Position numbers and translations under genes: made by a program. From positions 222,689 through 286,688 of IMG/VR virus record IMGVR_UViG_3300004151_000006: 64,000 nucleotides of DNA. One strand, given 5' to 3'. Every line of letters begins with the position of its first letter. The first letter of the stretch is position 1. Of the stretch, positions 19,454 to 29,179 are shown piece after piece. The notes beneath the pieces were generated by a model, which had not been told where the DNA came from, did no database searches, and saw only the letters and a list, made by a program, of their open reading frames with translations.

Positions 19454-20272
19454 ATGGGATGTATACCAAGACATAAGGATCCAAGAGTCAGTATCTTTAA
19501 ACAGTATATGAATTTTAATTCCATTAGTACAAACATTATTATTGCACGTGGTACTCCTAACTATGTCAGTATTTATCATAATCAACAAAACACTGCATTG
19601 AAGTTTGTATTTAAATCAGAATATAGTGAAGGTGATGCTTCTATCACTAAGAACAATAATGGTGCAGCATTGCGTATCAATTCAGCACATATTGGAAAAT
19701 ATATTGATTTAGTTAAACAGATACCCATCTATCAAAGCTTGAGTGATCCATATGTTTGGTATTTACCTATTGATCATAAATCAGATACAGTAAAGCCATA
19801 TCACATTGTTGACAATGACACTTGGATTCAAGATCCTGTGATCATTCGAAATACAAAAGATGTATCTATATTCACTATTACTTATTGCCCACAAACTACA
19901 ACGTGTATGAATGCAATATTCAGTACTTCAGTTTCACAATTAGATAAATATCCTAAGTTTTTCATGAGTAAATCTATTTACTTTGATTATGATACTACCA
20001 TTAATAAGGTAGCCATTAAATTTAATCATCCATTTAAATATGGACATAATTTATACAATACAATGTATGGTAATAATGCATGTATTGATATTGAGCATAT
20101 CAATATGATATATGGGTATTATGGTAAAGATCTGATAGATAAAACTGTGAAAAAATCACATTCACATTATTTTAAGATAGGATATCATCCCACTGATGAT
20201 GGAGTATATGTGATAGAGGATATCTATACCACACAAAGTTGTATGGTCAATGCTAATGAATGTGAAAAATAA
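19454..20272 (+). CDS. Hypothetical protein (paralog of next gene)
   Basis: Start behind AAGGAG; YVxxY...KFVFxSE shared with 20288. Confidence 0.7.
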   Translation: MGCIPRHKDPRVSIFKQYMNFNSISTNIIIARGTPNYVSIYHNQQNTALKFVFKSEYSEGDASITKNNNGAALRINSAHIGKYIDLVKQIPIYQSLSDPYVWYLPIDHKSDTVKPYHIVDNDTWIQDPVIIRNTKDVSIFTITYCPQTTTCMNAIFSTSVSQLDKYPKFFMSKSIYFDYDTTINKVAIKFNHPFKYGHNLYNTMYGNNACIDIEHINMIYGYYGKDLIDKTVKKSHSHYFKIGYHPTDDGVYVIEDIYTTQSCMVNANECEK

Positions 20273-20287
20273 GGAGTCTGTATCTCT

Positions 20288-21001
20288 ATGGGTAAAGAAA
20301 GGTTGGATCATCCAACGATAGCATTCTGTAGTGGTCAACTCATCTTCAATCAACAGGTAGTCAAACTTCAACCTGACATGCAATATGTGAAGGTATATTA
20401 TCATCCTAAATTTAATATATTCAAATTTGTATTTACATCTGAGGATGAAATTGAAATCAATAGTCTCAAACTCTCTACACAATGCAGTAATTATTCATGT
20501 TCCTCATGTAGCGTAATATCACATATCTTTAATAAGTTTGGTAAAATGGATCTCACTAAATATTCACTCATCTATCGTAAACATAGAGATGCATTTTATC
20601 TCTTGTTGGACAATATCAATATCAGTACTGAGATAATTGATTCTTTTATTCCAATGGAAATACGTGATGAATTTAAACCATATACATTCACGATATACAA
20701 TTATAAATCAAGTCAGCGTGGACATTTTAGTAGATCATTCAAAGATGTATTAATATATGAAGAATATGATACTGTCAATTTTGTAATAGATAATGATGAT
20801 GTCTATTTAGTATTTGATATTGATGGTCCTAAGATATATCCACCTATCAGAGGAAGAGGATATTCATTTTCTTGTACTAATATTTTACCATCTATTTATA
20901 AAACATTTAACAAATCAGATAAATATATGATGCTCCCTCACCCACAGAGAGCACATACTTATCTGATCAAGGAGTACACCCATGGATCCCATCACCCTTA
21001 A
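20288..21001 (+). CDS. Hypothetical protein
   Basis: AAGGAG SD. Confidence 0.75.
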   Translation: MGKERLDHPTIAFCSGQLIFNQQVVKLQPDMQYVKVYYHPKFNIFKFVFTSEDEIEINSLKLSTQCSNYSCSSCSVISHIFNKFGKMDLTKYSLIYRKHRDAFYLLLDNINISTEIIDSFIPMEIRDEFKPYTFTIYNYKSSQRGHFSRSFKDVLIYEEYDTVNFVIDNDDVYLVFDIDGPKIYPPIRGRGYSFSCTNILPSIYKTFNKSDKYMMLPHPQRAHTYLIKEYTHGSHHP

Positions 21002-21488
21002 TAAAACTATCTTGTCCTATACTTCTGGATCCCAGAGTGTAACTGAATTGTATCAGTTTGTTACAAACCTTCTTAAAAGTATCCCCATCACGTATGGTAA
21101 TACATCACGATTGAGTGAAGAAACTATGCATTATCAAGTATTGTCATTGCTTTCTACTGAAGATGCTGAGACATATTTGGGATGTATCATTGAAAACAAT
21201 GGATTTAAGTGGATCAAACATTGGATCGATGAACAATATTTACGTGCAGCTAAAAATCAATTCATCTATCAAGATGTTCATATACGTATTGACACTGATA
21301 ATCATGGTAAATATTTTATCACCCTTGATTATGATCGTATCAAAAGTACTCAACCCTGGTTGGTCTCTCACATCAAGACACTCCCTGATACGGGTATCAT
21401 CACTGTGACTATGTCTATGCAATTGTATGCGAAAGATGTGGATGAAGTCAACATGATCAGTGATACAGAAGATACTCCGGTGACATAG
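20982..21488 (+). CDS. Hypothetical protein (paralog of 22341-22856)
   Basis: ITLNKTI..Y, WI, ITLD and SH...LP..G motifs shared. Confidence 0.75.
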   Translation: MDPITLNKTILSYTSGSQSVTELYQFVTNLLKSIPITYGNTSRLSEETMHYQVLSLLSTEDAETYLGCIIENNGFKWIKHWIDEQYLRAAKNQFIYQDVHIRIDTDNHGKYFITLDYDRIKSTQPWLVSHIKTLPDTGIITVTMSMQLYAKDVDEVNMISDTEDTPVT

Positions 21489-21507
21489 CTCTTTAATCAT
21501 GCATTTC

Positions 21508-21536
21508 TAGGAGTGGGACAATATGTCCCACTCCTA
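21508..21536. terminator. Intergenic hairpin
   Basis: TAGGAGTGGGACA-ATA-TGTCCCACTCCTA. Confidence 0.55.
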
Positions 21537-21597
21537 TGAATATGTTAATTAATATGACATATTTTCTTTTTATAGTCTAGAAAGGAGGATATTAGCC

Positions 21598-22320
21598 ATG
21601 ACCACATCTCTCATAGGTTGTGAAATGTGTGAGTATATTGAATTTAAATATGATCACTGTGATAATGATGATAAGAAAAAACTATTAGCTGATAACATTG
21701 TAAAATGTAATTGTGAAATCAATGTGTTTGATATTGCAGCTAGTCAATGCGGTGTTGGTAGTGTTGATTACACTGATCTGATCTTAGATAATGGATACAT
21801 TGAAGCTATTGTATTCAACCTTAAATATAAAGATGAAGTGATCTCTCTTAAAATGGACATCAGTAAATATGTATATTCCAGATATGGATTACATAAAGAT
21901 ACAACTACAGCTGCCACTAGGGTAGCTAAATTCTGTGGATCATTTAACGTGGCAGAGCTCATTGAAGAGAATCTTGAATATAGGTCGTTGTTATCATCTG
22001 TTCCACCGGATATCTATATTGGTTTAGAATTTAAAAGTTATATTGATTTACAATATGGAAATCTCCACAGTAAAGTGATATCCACATATAGTGATGGATT
22101 TAGTACAATATTTGAATTATTAGATATTGGATACATCCCAAAACTGTGTATCCATAAGGCAAATGATACTCCTACATTACATGTTACAGACATGACCCAT
22201 GTCTCTAAAGTCACTTTAGATGAATATGCTCAAATTGAATATGATGCCAAACATTATAATGTGATCAGTATCAACTGTAGTCAAGATCAATGGACACTCA
22301 CTCTCACTAAATGTAAATAA
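21598..22320 (+). CDS. Hypothetical protein
   Basis: AAGGAGG SD; 240 aa. Confidence 0.75.
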   Translation: MTTSLIGCEMCEYIEFKYDHCDNDDKKKLLADNIVKCNCEINVFDIAASQCGVGSVDYTDLILDNGYIEAIVFNLKYKDEVISLKMDISKYVYSRYGLHKDTTTAATRVAKFCGSFNVAELIEENLEYRSLLSSVPPDIYIGLEFKSYIDLQYGNLHSKVISTYSDGFSTIFELLDIGYIPKLCIHKANDTPTLHVTDMTHVSKVTLDEYAQIEYDAKHYNVISINCSQDQWTLTLTKCK

Positions 22321-22340
22321 ATACAAAAGGAGATAACATC

Positions 22341-22856
22341 ATGAGTATCATCTCATTAGACAAGACCATCAGTGAATATGTGATCACTGATCTTGATCTG
22401 GATACTACGTTGATCATATTGTATAGTCTACTCGATGATCAAGTACAGAATTTACTTTATAATATTTCTATTGATATGGATGAAGATACTAAAGACAGAC
22501 TCAAAAATGATCATGTTAATAAATTGTTGTATATTTGGTATAGGTCTATACATCCTGATGATAGGTTGGCATATATCAAATATTGGATCACCAATCCCTA
22601 TGGTAGTGTAGCTATCATGATGTTGGATACCTTATCTAAACATAGTTCTTATTATAACCATTCATCTTCATATATCGTAGTATCACAATTGAGTCTTCAA
22701 CCAGATCAATATCAAATCACTATCACTCTTGATCATCTTAGGTATGAAGATGCTGTGCAGCTCATCTCTCATCTACCGCCTAAAGGTACAGTGCATGTCA
22801 AACATGATATCCGGGTGAATGCAGCAGCTCTGCCTACTCTTGATGTGACTACATAG
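22341..22856 (+). CDS. Hypothetical protein (paralog of 20982-21488)
   Basis: AAGGAG SD. Confidence 0.75.
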   Translation: MSIISLDKTISEYVITDLDLDTTLIILYSLLDDQVQNLLYNISIDMDEDTKDRLKNDHVNKLLYIWYRSIHPDDRLAYIKYWITNPYGSVAIMMLDTLSKHSSYYNHSSSYIVVSQLSLQPDQYQITITLDHLRYEDAVQLISHLPPKGTVHVKHDIRVNAAALPTLDVTT

Positions 22857-22861
22857 GGAGA

Positions 22862-22888
22862 GGAGTGGTGGCACTATGCCACCACTCC
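22862..22888. terminator. Intergenic hairpin
   Basis: GGAGTGGTGGCA-CTA-TGCCACCACTCC. Confidence 0.55.
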
Positions 22889-23132
22889 ATCCACCCATCA
22901 TGATATATCTCTTTTTTAGAGGAATAATATGTATCTCTATTGATCAATAGTTTATAATGTTTAATCGATACATTATTTATAAGGGGAGAAAAGATTATGA
23001 CTATCATCAAAGATATAATGAAATCTCTTAAAGATAGATTGATAGGATATATACATTTTCTTACTATAAGGATCAAGTTATCTAAAGGAGATACTCATCC
23101 TTCATTATTCAAACATACTAAGGAGAAACAAG

Positions 23133-23540
23133 ATGACTAAAGTCTTTTTAGGTGGTACTACCAATGGATCAGATTGGAGAGAGAAGCTCATACCTGGACT
23201 ATCTATCAATTATTATGATCCGGTAGTACTCCATGATTGGACTAGTACACATAAAGAGAAAGAGATTAAGATGAGAGATGAATGTGATATCCTTTGCTAT
23301 GTCATTACACCTAAAATGACTGGAGTTTACTCTATAGCTGAAGTAGTAGATGATAGTAATAAACATCCACATAAAGTAGTCTTTATGGTACTCACTTTAG
23401 ATGATGGTGAAACCTTTAGTAGTGAACAATCTAATAGTCTACTCAGTGTGGGGACTATGATAGAAGCTAATGGTAGTACTTGGGTACGTAGTGGAAAGAT
23501 ACAAGATCTTTGTGATACTCTCAATTATTTCATGGACTGA
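23133..23540 (+). CDS. Nucleoside 2-deoxyribosyltransferase-like protein
   Basis: KVFLGGT..SDWR, YDP, E...CD and YSIAE motifs. Confidence 0.8.
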   Translation: MTKVFLGGTTNGSDWREKLIPGLSINYYDPVVLHDWTSTHKEKEIKMRDECDILCYVITPKMTGVYSIAEVVDDSNKHPHKVVFMVLTLDDGETFSSEQSNSLLSVGTMIEANGSTWVRSGKIQDLCDTLNYFMD

Positions 23541-23549
23541 TATAATAGG

Positions 23550-23573
23550 GTGGGTGGGCATATGCCCACCCAC
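23550..23573. terminator. Perfect palindrome
   Basis: GTGGGTGGGCAT|ATGCCCACCCAC. Confidence 0.55.
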
Positions 23574-23592
23574 TCCAGTCCAATAGATATTT

Positions 23593-23616
23593 AAATATAT
23601 ATTATATTTAAGATGA
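23593..23616 (+). promoter_or_regulatory. Putative early promoter
   Basis: TATATATTA-N7-TGA. Confidence 0.55.
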
Positions 23617-23647
23617 AACTTTATTGTGTTTCATAGGAGGAATAACA

Positions 23648-24343
23648 ATGAATTCGATGGGTAAGTTGTTAACTACTGAGGATGATCGATCAGAACATAT
23701 CAAAGCAAACATTCATCGTATCATACGGATAATTTGTGAAAAAACTCTTAATGTTATTAATATTAATAAAATTTTAGAAACATATTGGGAAACTTTATAC
23801 CATGAGTATCTTAAATATCTACATTTACAAGAAAATAATCTCGTAAAACTGGATTATTCTAAAACCAATCCACACAATAATCTCAATGGATGCATTTATA
23901 AATTTATTCATGGTGAAATAGAACATGAAATAAAAGAAACTGGTAACATCTGGTGGGTATTGAAACTTACGTTTAATGTACATGAATATTTAGTTACCAC
24001 AGATGATCTCCCACCAAGTACACTTATTTTAAAATTATTACCCAAAGAAATTGAAGAATTTAAGAAAGTATTGACAATAATAGATACTAATCAAAAACCC
24101 TATGAAAAAGAAACTAAAGAACGTTGGGATAATCTCGATAAATCAAGTCAAATTGTGGCGTTGAATAAATTGTCGTGTCATCCCGAATTTAGTGAAATAA
24201 TTTTCTCATACATACAAGAGAGAAAAATGTTACCCACTGGAACAATAGTTACACATATTGATATTAAAATTGACAATTTGGATGAATTCTTTATATCTTT
24301 AGAAAAATATATGCTAATTTATCCTGGAACATCACTTTTGTAA
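23648..24343 (+). CDS. Hypothetical protein
   Basis: Start behind AGGAGG. Confidence 0.75.
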   Translation: MNSMGKLLTTEDDRSEHIKANIHRIIRIICEKTLNVININKILETYWETLYHEYLKYLHLQENNLVKLDYSKTNPHNNLNGCIYKFIHGEIEHEIKETGNIWWVLKLTFNVHEYLVTTDDLPPSTLILKLLPKEIEEFKKVLTIIDTNQKPYEKETKERWDNLDKSSQIVALNKLSCHPEFSEIIFSYIQERKMLPTGTIVTHIDIKIDNLDEFFISLEKYMLIYPGTSLL

Positions 24344-24621
24344 TGGATACTCAACAAGTAAAAGAGTATTGGGAGAATCTCCCCAATTGTGAAAAAATTA
24401 GAGTAATATTACGATTAGAAGAATTTTCAGAATTTGAAGGTATTTCAATTTCATATACATGTACATCATACCCACTACCAGTTGGGCATGATGGAATTAT
24501 AATGTATTCAAAGGTATATTCTGATATAAAAACAGATCCTTTTGATAAGTTTTTAGAAGTATTAACCTGGTGGTTATCAACTAAGGAGGGACAAGTATAT
24601 GAACGAAGCACAAAAATCTAA
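24343..24621 (+). CDS. Hypothetical protein
   Basis: TAATG coupling; resembles the C-terminal part of the preceding protein (KExWxNL...EFxxI). Confidence 0.7.
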   Translation: MDTQQVKEYWENLPNCEKIRVILRLEEFSEFEGISISYTCTSYPLPVGHDGIIMYSKVYSDIKTDPFDKFLEVLTWWLSTKEGQVYERSTKI

Positions 24622-25231
24622 ACTTAAAAATAATATCAAAAATCAATATACTGTTATTAAAAGATTATCAAATCAATTAACTAGAGATAAAAAGGAGTAT
24701 ATACGACTCATTATCAGAGATATTGGTTTCTATATAGGTAGAACCTTTTATTTAAAGAGTAATCCTGAAAAGATATTTCAAATAGAAGAGACACATATGA
24801 ATGATTTGGAATTTAAGACCATCACTTGTAAGAACAATCAAACATATGAAAAAACCATATGGTCCATACCTGAGATACTGAATATGAAAGCTGATATTTA
24901 TTTCATTGATATCACAGGTGGACCACCCATTTCATATAACAAAGATGTGTATGTTTCTAATTGGGAGAAGTACTATAATTTAAATGATTTACAACATATC
25001 ATGTTTATTTTAGATGTACTTTGTCCCATTCTTGAATATGAAAATTATTTGGAATTTATCTTTTATAAAAACAATATGCAAATGCAGCGTATATCAGTCA
25101 GAGATGACACTATCTTAGATGATATCATGTGTGAGATAAATACCACCAATCTCTTGAATCTTCATATCAGTAGACAATATGATTGGGCTGACATTAATAC
25201 GAAATATCAATCTACTAATGGGGATACATAA
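24599..25231 (+). CDS. Hypothetical protein
   Basis: AAGGAGG SD; GFYIGRxF shared with next gene. Confidence 0.75.
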   Translation: MNEAQKSKLKNNIKNQYTVIKRLSNQLTRDKKEYIRLIIRDIGFYIGRTFYLKSNPEKIFQIEETHMNDLEFKTITCKNNQTYEKTIWSIPEILNMKADIYFIDITGGPPISYNKDVYVSNWEKYYNLNDLQHIMFILDVLCPILEYENYLEFIFYKNNMQMQRISVRDDTILDDIMCEINTTNLLNLHISRQYDWADINTKYQSTNGDT

Positions 25232-25794
25232 TGCCTATGCTCATAGATAAAGATATCAATCAATTGAAATCAGAAGCATTGGCATATGACCAAGCTATCA
25301 AATGTTTAGAATCTTATATGGCTAAAGCAAATTTGAATATCTCAATATTGACATGTATGGATAATGGTTTTTATATTGGTAGAGAATTTGGATTTTTAAG
25401 ATATGATAAAGATCAACCAATTATAATTGGTAAAATCATAGATATTGGAATTGATAACACCATGATAATTGAATTTAATATATTAGAAACAACCAATACA
25501 TTCAAATGTCAGCTGATTATAAATACGACTACTTTGTTGCCACAGTATATTCATATTGAAGGTGGGACATTTGGAAAACTTTTATTGATTGAATTGATTT
25601 ACTTTTTAGATATAGATATCCCCAATAAATCAATATTGTTTAAGGATGATCCATATCAAAAGAATCTTAAATTGTATAAAGCATTGGATATCACTGAAAG
25701 GACTAAGCTATATGGGTATGGTGATGACTTCATATTGAATCAAACTCTATCTAAGGATAGTACTACTGAGCTATTGATACAACTATCTGAATAG
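25231..25794 (+). CDS. Hypothetical protein
   Basis: TAATG coupling. Confidence 0.75.
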   Translation: MPMLIDKDINQLKSEALAYDQAIKCLESYMAKANLNISILTCMDNGFYIGREFGFLRYDKDQPIIIGKIIDIGIDNTMIIEFNILETTNTFKCQLIINTTTLLPQYIHIEGGTFGKLLLIELIYFLDIDIPNKSILFKDDPYQKNLKLYKALDITERTKLYGYGDDFILNQTLSKDSTTELLIQLSE

Positions 25795-25804
25795 GAGGAA
25801 TGAC

Positions 25805-26449
25805 ATGACACAATTTAATATCCCTATCTTAAAAGTTCATCTCAATATGTTATCAAATAGAATTGTGGGCATGCTTGAGGAATCAAAACAAATAGAAAAA
25901 GCTATCAGCAGTGATCTTGATTCTATAAAGACAGTATTATCTGAATTTGCTATATTTGTATCTAACACTATATTCATAAGTGATTTACCAGATTTAAAAG
26001 ACACCACCTTTAAAACTGTTGATATGGATGTTGTTGTGGAAAACAATGATATTGTTATTAAATTAAAAGTATTGAGACATACAGTTTTAGAATCTTCCAT
26101 TACATTTAAACTAGATGAATTGACCCACTTTTTGAAACACACTACAGTGGTAGAAGAGAATTGTCATATTGATATCCCAGAAGTTTGGAAAGGTCAATAT
26201 ACGCTACCAACCATTGAAGAATTTAGTAATTATCAAATATGTATATTAAATAAACAAGTTGAAAGGTTGATTACGACATACCATAAAGATAATGTGAAGG
26301 TGTTAGATAGTGATGATGCAACATACATTACTGTATCAGTTAAACCAACAGTGAAAGTCACTAAGATGTTGAAGATCTATATCAGTGGTGCACATGAACA
26401 TGGTTTTATTGTTACACAAAAACCTATTGGAGATATTGATGTCAAATAA
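25805..26449 (+). CDS. Hypothetical protein
   Basis: AGGAGG SD. Confidence 0.75.
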   Translation: MTQFNIPILKVHLNMLSNRIVGMLEESKQIEKAISSDLDSIKTVLSEFAIFVSNTIFISDLPDLKDTTFKTVDMDVVVENNDIVIKLKVLRHTVLESSITFKLDELTHFLKHTTVVEENCHIDIPEVWKGQYTLPTIEEFSNYQICILNKQVERLITTYHKDNVKVLDSDDATYITVSVKPTVKVTKMLKIYISGAHEHGFIVTQKPIGDIDVK

Positions 26450-26918
26450 GAATCTCATTAAAAATGAGGATGGTACATATTCTGTAGTATTGTGGGATTC
26501 GATTAAATCAAATATCAAATATGATCTCGATTCTATCGAGCAATGTATCATAGTACCAACTATTGGATTTAAATCGAGATGTGATGGTCGTATAGCATTT
26601 GGTGAACTGGACCCAATATATACAGAAAATATGGCTGAATACATGGAGATAAAAACAACGAATATTTCACATATGTTTACTGGAGTTGAATGTATCTGGC
26701 CAACAGAAGATAAACGTAGATTAGTGATAGCAGCTAGAGTGTTACCAATGGGTCCACATAAACGTCATTTACAAGACCATATTGATAATAATTGGGAATT
26801 GCAATTTAAGCCTAGATGGTTGGTAAATACAAATATCACACATACTGATGTAATATCTATAATTACTTTTGATTGGTACTACAATGCACCATATACTGTA
26901 TGTAAGGAGACACTATGA
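26439..26918 (+). CDS. Prohead-protease-like (T4 gp21/phiKZ gp175 fold) protein, probably inactive
   Basis: AFGELDP, ISHMF, VLPMGP, FKPR and IITFDW track the family motifs; the expected catalytic Ser is not visible. Confidence 0.6.
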   Translation: MSNKNLIKNEDGTYSVVLWDSIKSNIKYDLDSIEQCIIVPTIGFKSRCDGRIAFGELDPIYTENMAEYMEIKTTNISHMFTGVECIWPTEDKRRLVIAARVLPMGPHKRHLQDHIDNNWELQFKPRWLVNTNITHTDVISIITFDWYYNAPYTVCKETL

Positions 26919-27289
26919 CTATATCATCCGTGACTAAGATTTGTAATGCTTATGAAGCTGGATTTGGTACTGGTATGGAGCTTAAATTTACACATATAAA
27001 TCCATATTTTCTAGATACTGAAGAATCTAAAGCTTGGAGTATTGGACTTAAAGAAGGTGAGAAACGTAGTATGGAGATTGAAAAAAATAAGATCACACTC
27101 TCAGATAGATTTGAAGCTATGGATATAGAAAAACAAATGCTATTTAATGCAAAGTTTACTTCACAAATATTGACAAATGCTACTATTAAAGAAGCATTGA
27201 AGCTATGTGATTTATTGATAGAAAATGTGCCAGATGAACAAGTGATACTCTATAGATCAGCTTTGGGTATTGTGACCAAAATAGACTAA
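26915..27289 (+). CDS. Hypothetical protein
   Basis: AYEAG...NPY...AW..G motif; AAGGAG SD. Confidence 0.7.
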   Translation: MTISSVTKICNAYEAGFGTGMELKFTHINPYFLDTEESKAWSIGLKEGEKRSMEIEKNKITLSDRFEAMDIEKQMLFNAKFTSQILTNATIKEALKLCDLLIENVPDEQVILYRSALGIVTKID

Positions 27290-27350
27290 AATATATATCA
27301 TTTCCTCGAAGACTCAGAAATGATGATGTCTCGAGGACTCGACATGATCA
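27288..27350 (+). repeat. Promoter-overlapping double inverted-repeat element, copy 2
   Basis: TATATATCA-TTTCCT-CGA; ATCATTTC/GAAATGAT; ATGTC-TCGAGGACTC-GACAT. Confidence 0.75.
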
Positions 27351-27367
27351 CCTATTCGGAGGGACAC

Positions 27368-27763
27368 ATGAAAAAAGAACACACAGTCTATTATCAAGTG
27401 TTAGTACTCTTATTGTGGGTAGGTGTTGCATATCTTGGTAAATGGGGATTTATTTCTTATGAACCTGGTATGCGCAATCAGACAGTGTTAAAGTTCACTA
27501 TCACAGATTTCATTATATATACTGCAATATTCTTTATCAACATAAAGATGTATCATTATTTTATTTCAGCAGCAGTATATTGGAATAAACATTTTAATAT
27601 GTTGCTATTTAGTATCATTATACTGGTACCATTTATTTATTTAGGTAAACATACCTATATGCAACTTGCATATGAGGGAATACTCAACATTATTAATGTG
27701 TACATGATAGATACTGTTTTGTGTACTATCTTTCATAAACGATATGAAAAGAGTCTTGCATAG
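27368..27763 (+). CDS. Multi-pass membrane protein
   Basis: About 4 hydrophobic segments; GGAGG SD. Confidence 0.7.
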   Translation: MKKEHTVYYQVLVLLLWVGVAYLGKWGFISYEPGMRNQTVLKFTITDFIIYTAIFFINIKMYHYFISAAVYWNKHFNMLLFSIIILVPFIYLGKHTYMQLAYEGILNIINVYMIDTVLCTIFHKRYEKSLA

Positions 27764-27876
27764 ACGGTGTAAATCATACTGTTTTACATAGTTTTATATC
27801 ACATATGGATCTGATATAGATCCACTACTGACAAAGGTTCTCATTCAACATCCTTTTACCTCAGGAGTACAGACTC

Positions 27877-28134
27877 ATGGCTATCAAAGTCATTGTCGAA
27901 GTCGAAGATGGGGATGTCACTGGCGTCCAGTCCAATGAAGCTATGGACGTCATGGTCTTCAATCGGGATAAGGCTGATCCGACTAGCTCTGACTATGTCG
28001 AGGATGCTCTTGGTGCACCTGCCCAGATGGCAGTGTTTCATGTGGAACCAGTCACAGATGTCGCTGATCTTTATGACACCTATGCGACCAGTCCCGATGC
28101 ACTGATTGATTGTGCATGTGAAAAAGAAGAATAG
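27877..28134 (+). CDS. Small acidic protein
   Basis: AGGAG SD; 85 aa. Confidence 0.75.
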   Translation: MAIKVIVEVEDGDVTGVQSNEAMDVMVFNRDKADPTSSDYVEDALGAPAQMAVFHVEPVTDVADLYDTYATSPDALIDCACEKEE

Positions 28135-28148
28135 TCAATAGTGTAGGA

Positions 28149-28180
28149 GTGGAGTAGGAGATCATGATCTCCTACTCCAC
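28149..28180. terminator. Perfect 32-bp palindrome
   Basis: GTGGAGTAGGAGATCA|TGATCTCCTACTCCAC. Confidence 0.55.
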
Positions 28181-28232
28181 CACTCTATCTTATGCACCTT
28201 TTACTTTTTCTCTACTAGGAGGGATACCATCC

Positions 28233-28880
28233 ATGGATGCTCAGACGACTGCTCCGACTGAAGGTCAGGAGACTCCTAAGACTCCTGATTTCGAACAAGC
28301 ATATGGTGTGATCCAACATCTGGAAACACTCATTGAGATGCTCAAACGTACTCCTGATCTTAAGATCCAGATCAATGATGCATTCAATTTCTTTTATCTT
28401 TGTATGCCCTTTTTCAAAAATGAAGTATTTTATGAAAATGTATTTGAAGAATTTTATCCTAAGGATAATCCCTCGCATGATATCGTGAAGCCCATGTTTG
28501 ATATGATGATGATCAGATACAAAGAGATGTTTGGATTTGAAAAAGTGAATATGTTATCTCCTGAAGACTTTCAAAAACTCTTGTATCAAGGTGCTGTACT
28601 TAAAGAAGAATATGAGATGTTTACTGGACAAAAGCCCATGGATACTCCTCCTCAGATGGATCCTAATATGGAAGCACAATTACGTGAACGTAATATTAAT
28701 TTGAATGATCTGAAGATCGATCCCAGTAAGATGGAGACTATCCATCTGGATCCTTCTCAGATGGAGACGATCCATATTGATCCTAAAGATGTGGGTAATG
28801 TGGAAGATATTATGGGTGATCTCAGTACCGGGTCTACTGTAGTGGATGAAGCTATCAAAGATACATTAAATCAGAAATAA
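28233..28880 (+). CDS. Hypothetical protein with 10-aa repeats
   Basis: AGGAGG SD; DPSKMETIHL/DPSQMETIHI repeats. Confidence 0.75.
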   Translation: MDAQTTAPTEGQETPKTPDFEQAYGVIQHLETLIEMLKRTPDLKIQINDAFNFFYLCMPFFKNEVFYENVFEEFYPKDNPSHDIVKPMFDMMMIRYKEMFGFEKVNMLSPEDFQKLLYQGAVLKEEYEMFTGQKPMDTPPQMDPNMEAQLRERNINLNDLKIDPSKMETIHLDPSQMETIHIDPKDVGNVEDIMGDLSTGSTVVDEAIKDTLNQK

Positions 28881-28903
28881 TAATAGTATAGGAGGAAGAG
28901 ATC

Positions 28904-29032
28904 ATGCGCAAATATACCTTTGGTGGTGGTGGATCTGTCCAGACAATGGGTGGAGCTAGTGGATGTGTTGGTGGAGCTGGTGCTAAAGATCCTGGGGTCA
29001 AACACCCTGTGGAAAAGAGCACTGGTAAATAA
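28904..29032 (+). CDS. 42-aa Gly-rich peptide (not in ORF track)
   Basis: AGGAGG SD; MRKYTFGGGGSVQTMGGASGCVGGAGAKDPGVKHPVEKSTGK; followed by a palindrome. Confidence 0.65.
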   Translation: MRKYTFGGGGSVQTMGGASGCVGGAGAKDPGVKHPVEKSTGK

Positions 29033-29055
29033 ACGTCAAGTGACTGTAGTCATCT

Positions 29056-29091
29056 ACACCTACACCGGGGGATATCCCCCGGTGTAGGTGT
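29056..29091. terminator. Perfect 36-bp palindrome
   Basis: ACACCTACACCGGGGGAT|ATCCCCCGGTGTAGGTGT. Confidence 0.55.
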
Positions 29092-29179
29092 GATATTAAA
29101 TATATATTTTTTCATACGAAATATAAACATATATTATTATCATGTATTGGATAGATCATCACTACAGGAGCATCTCACG

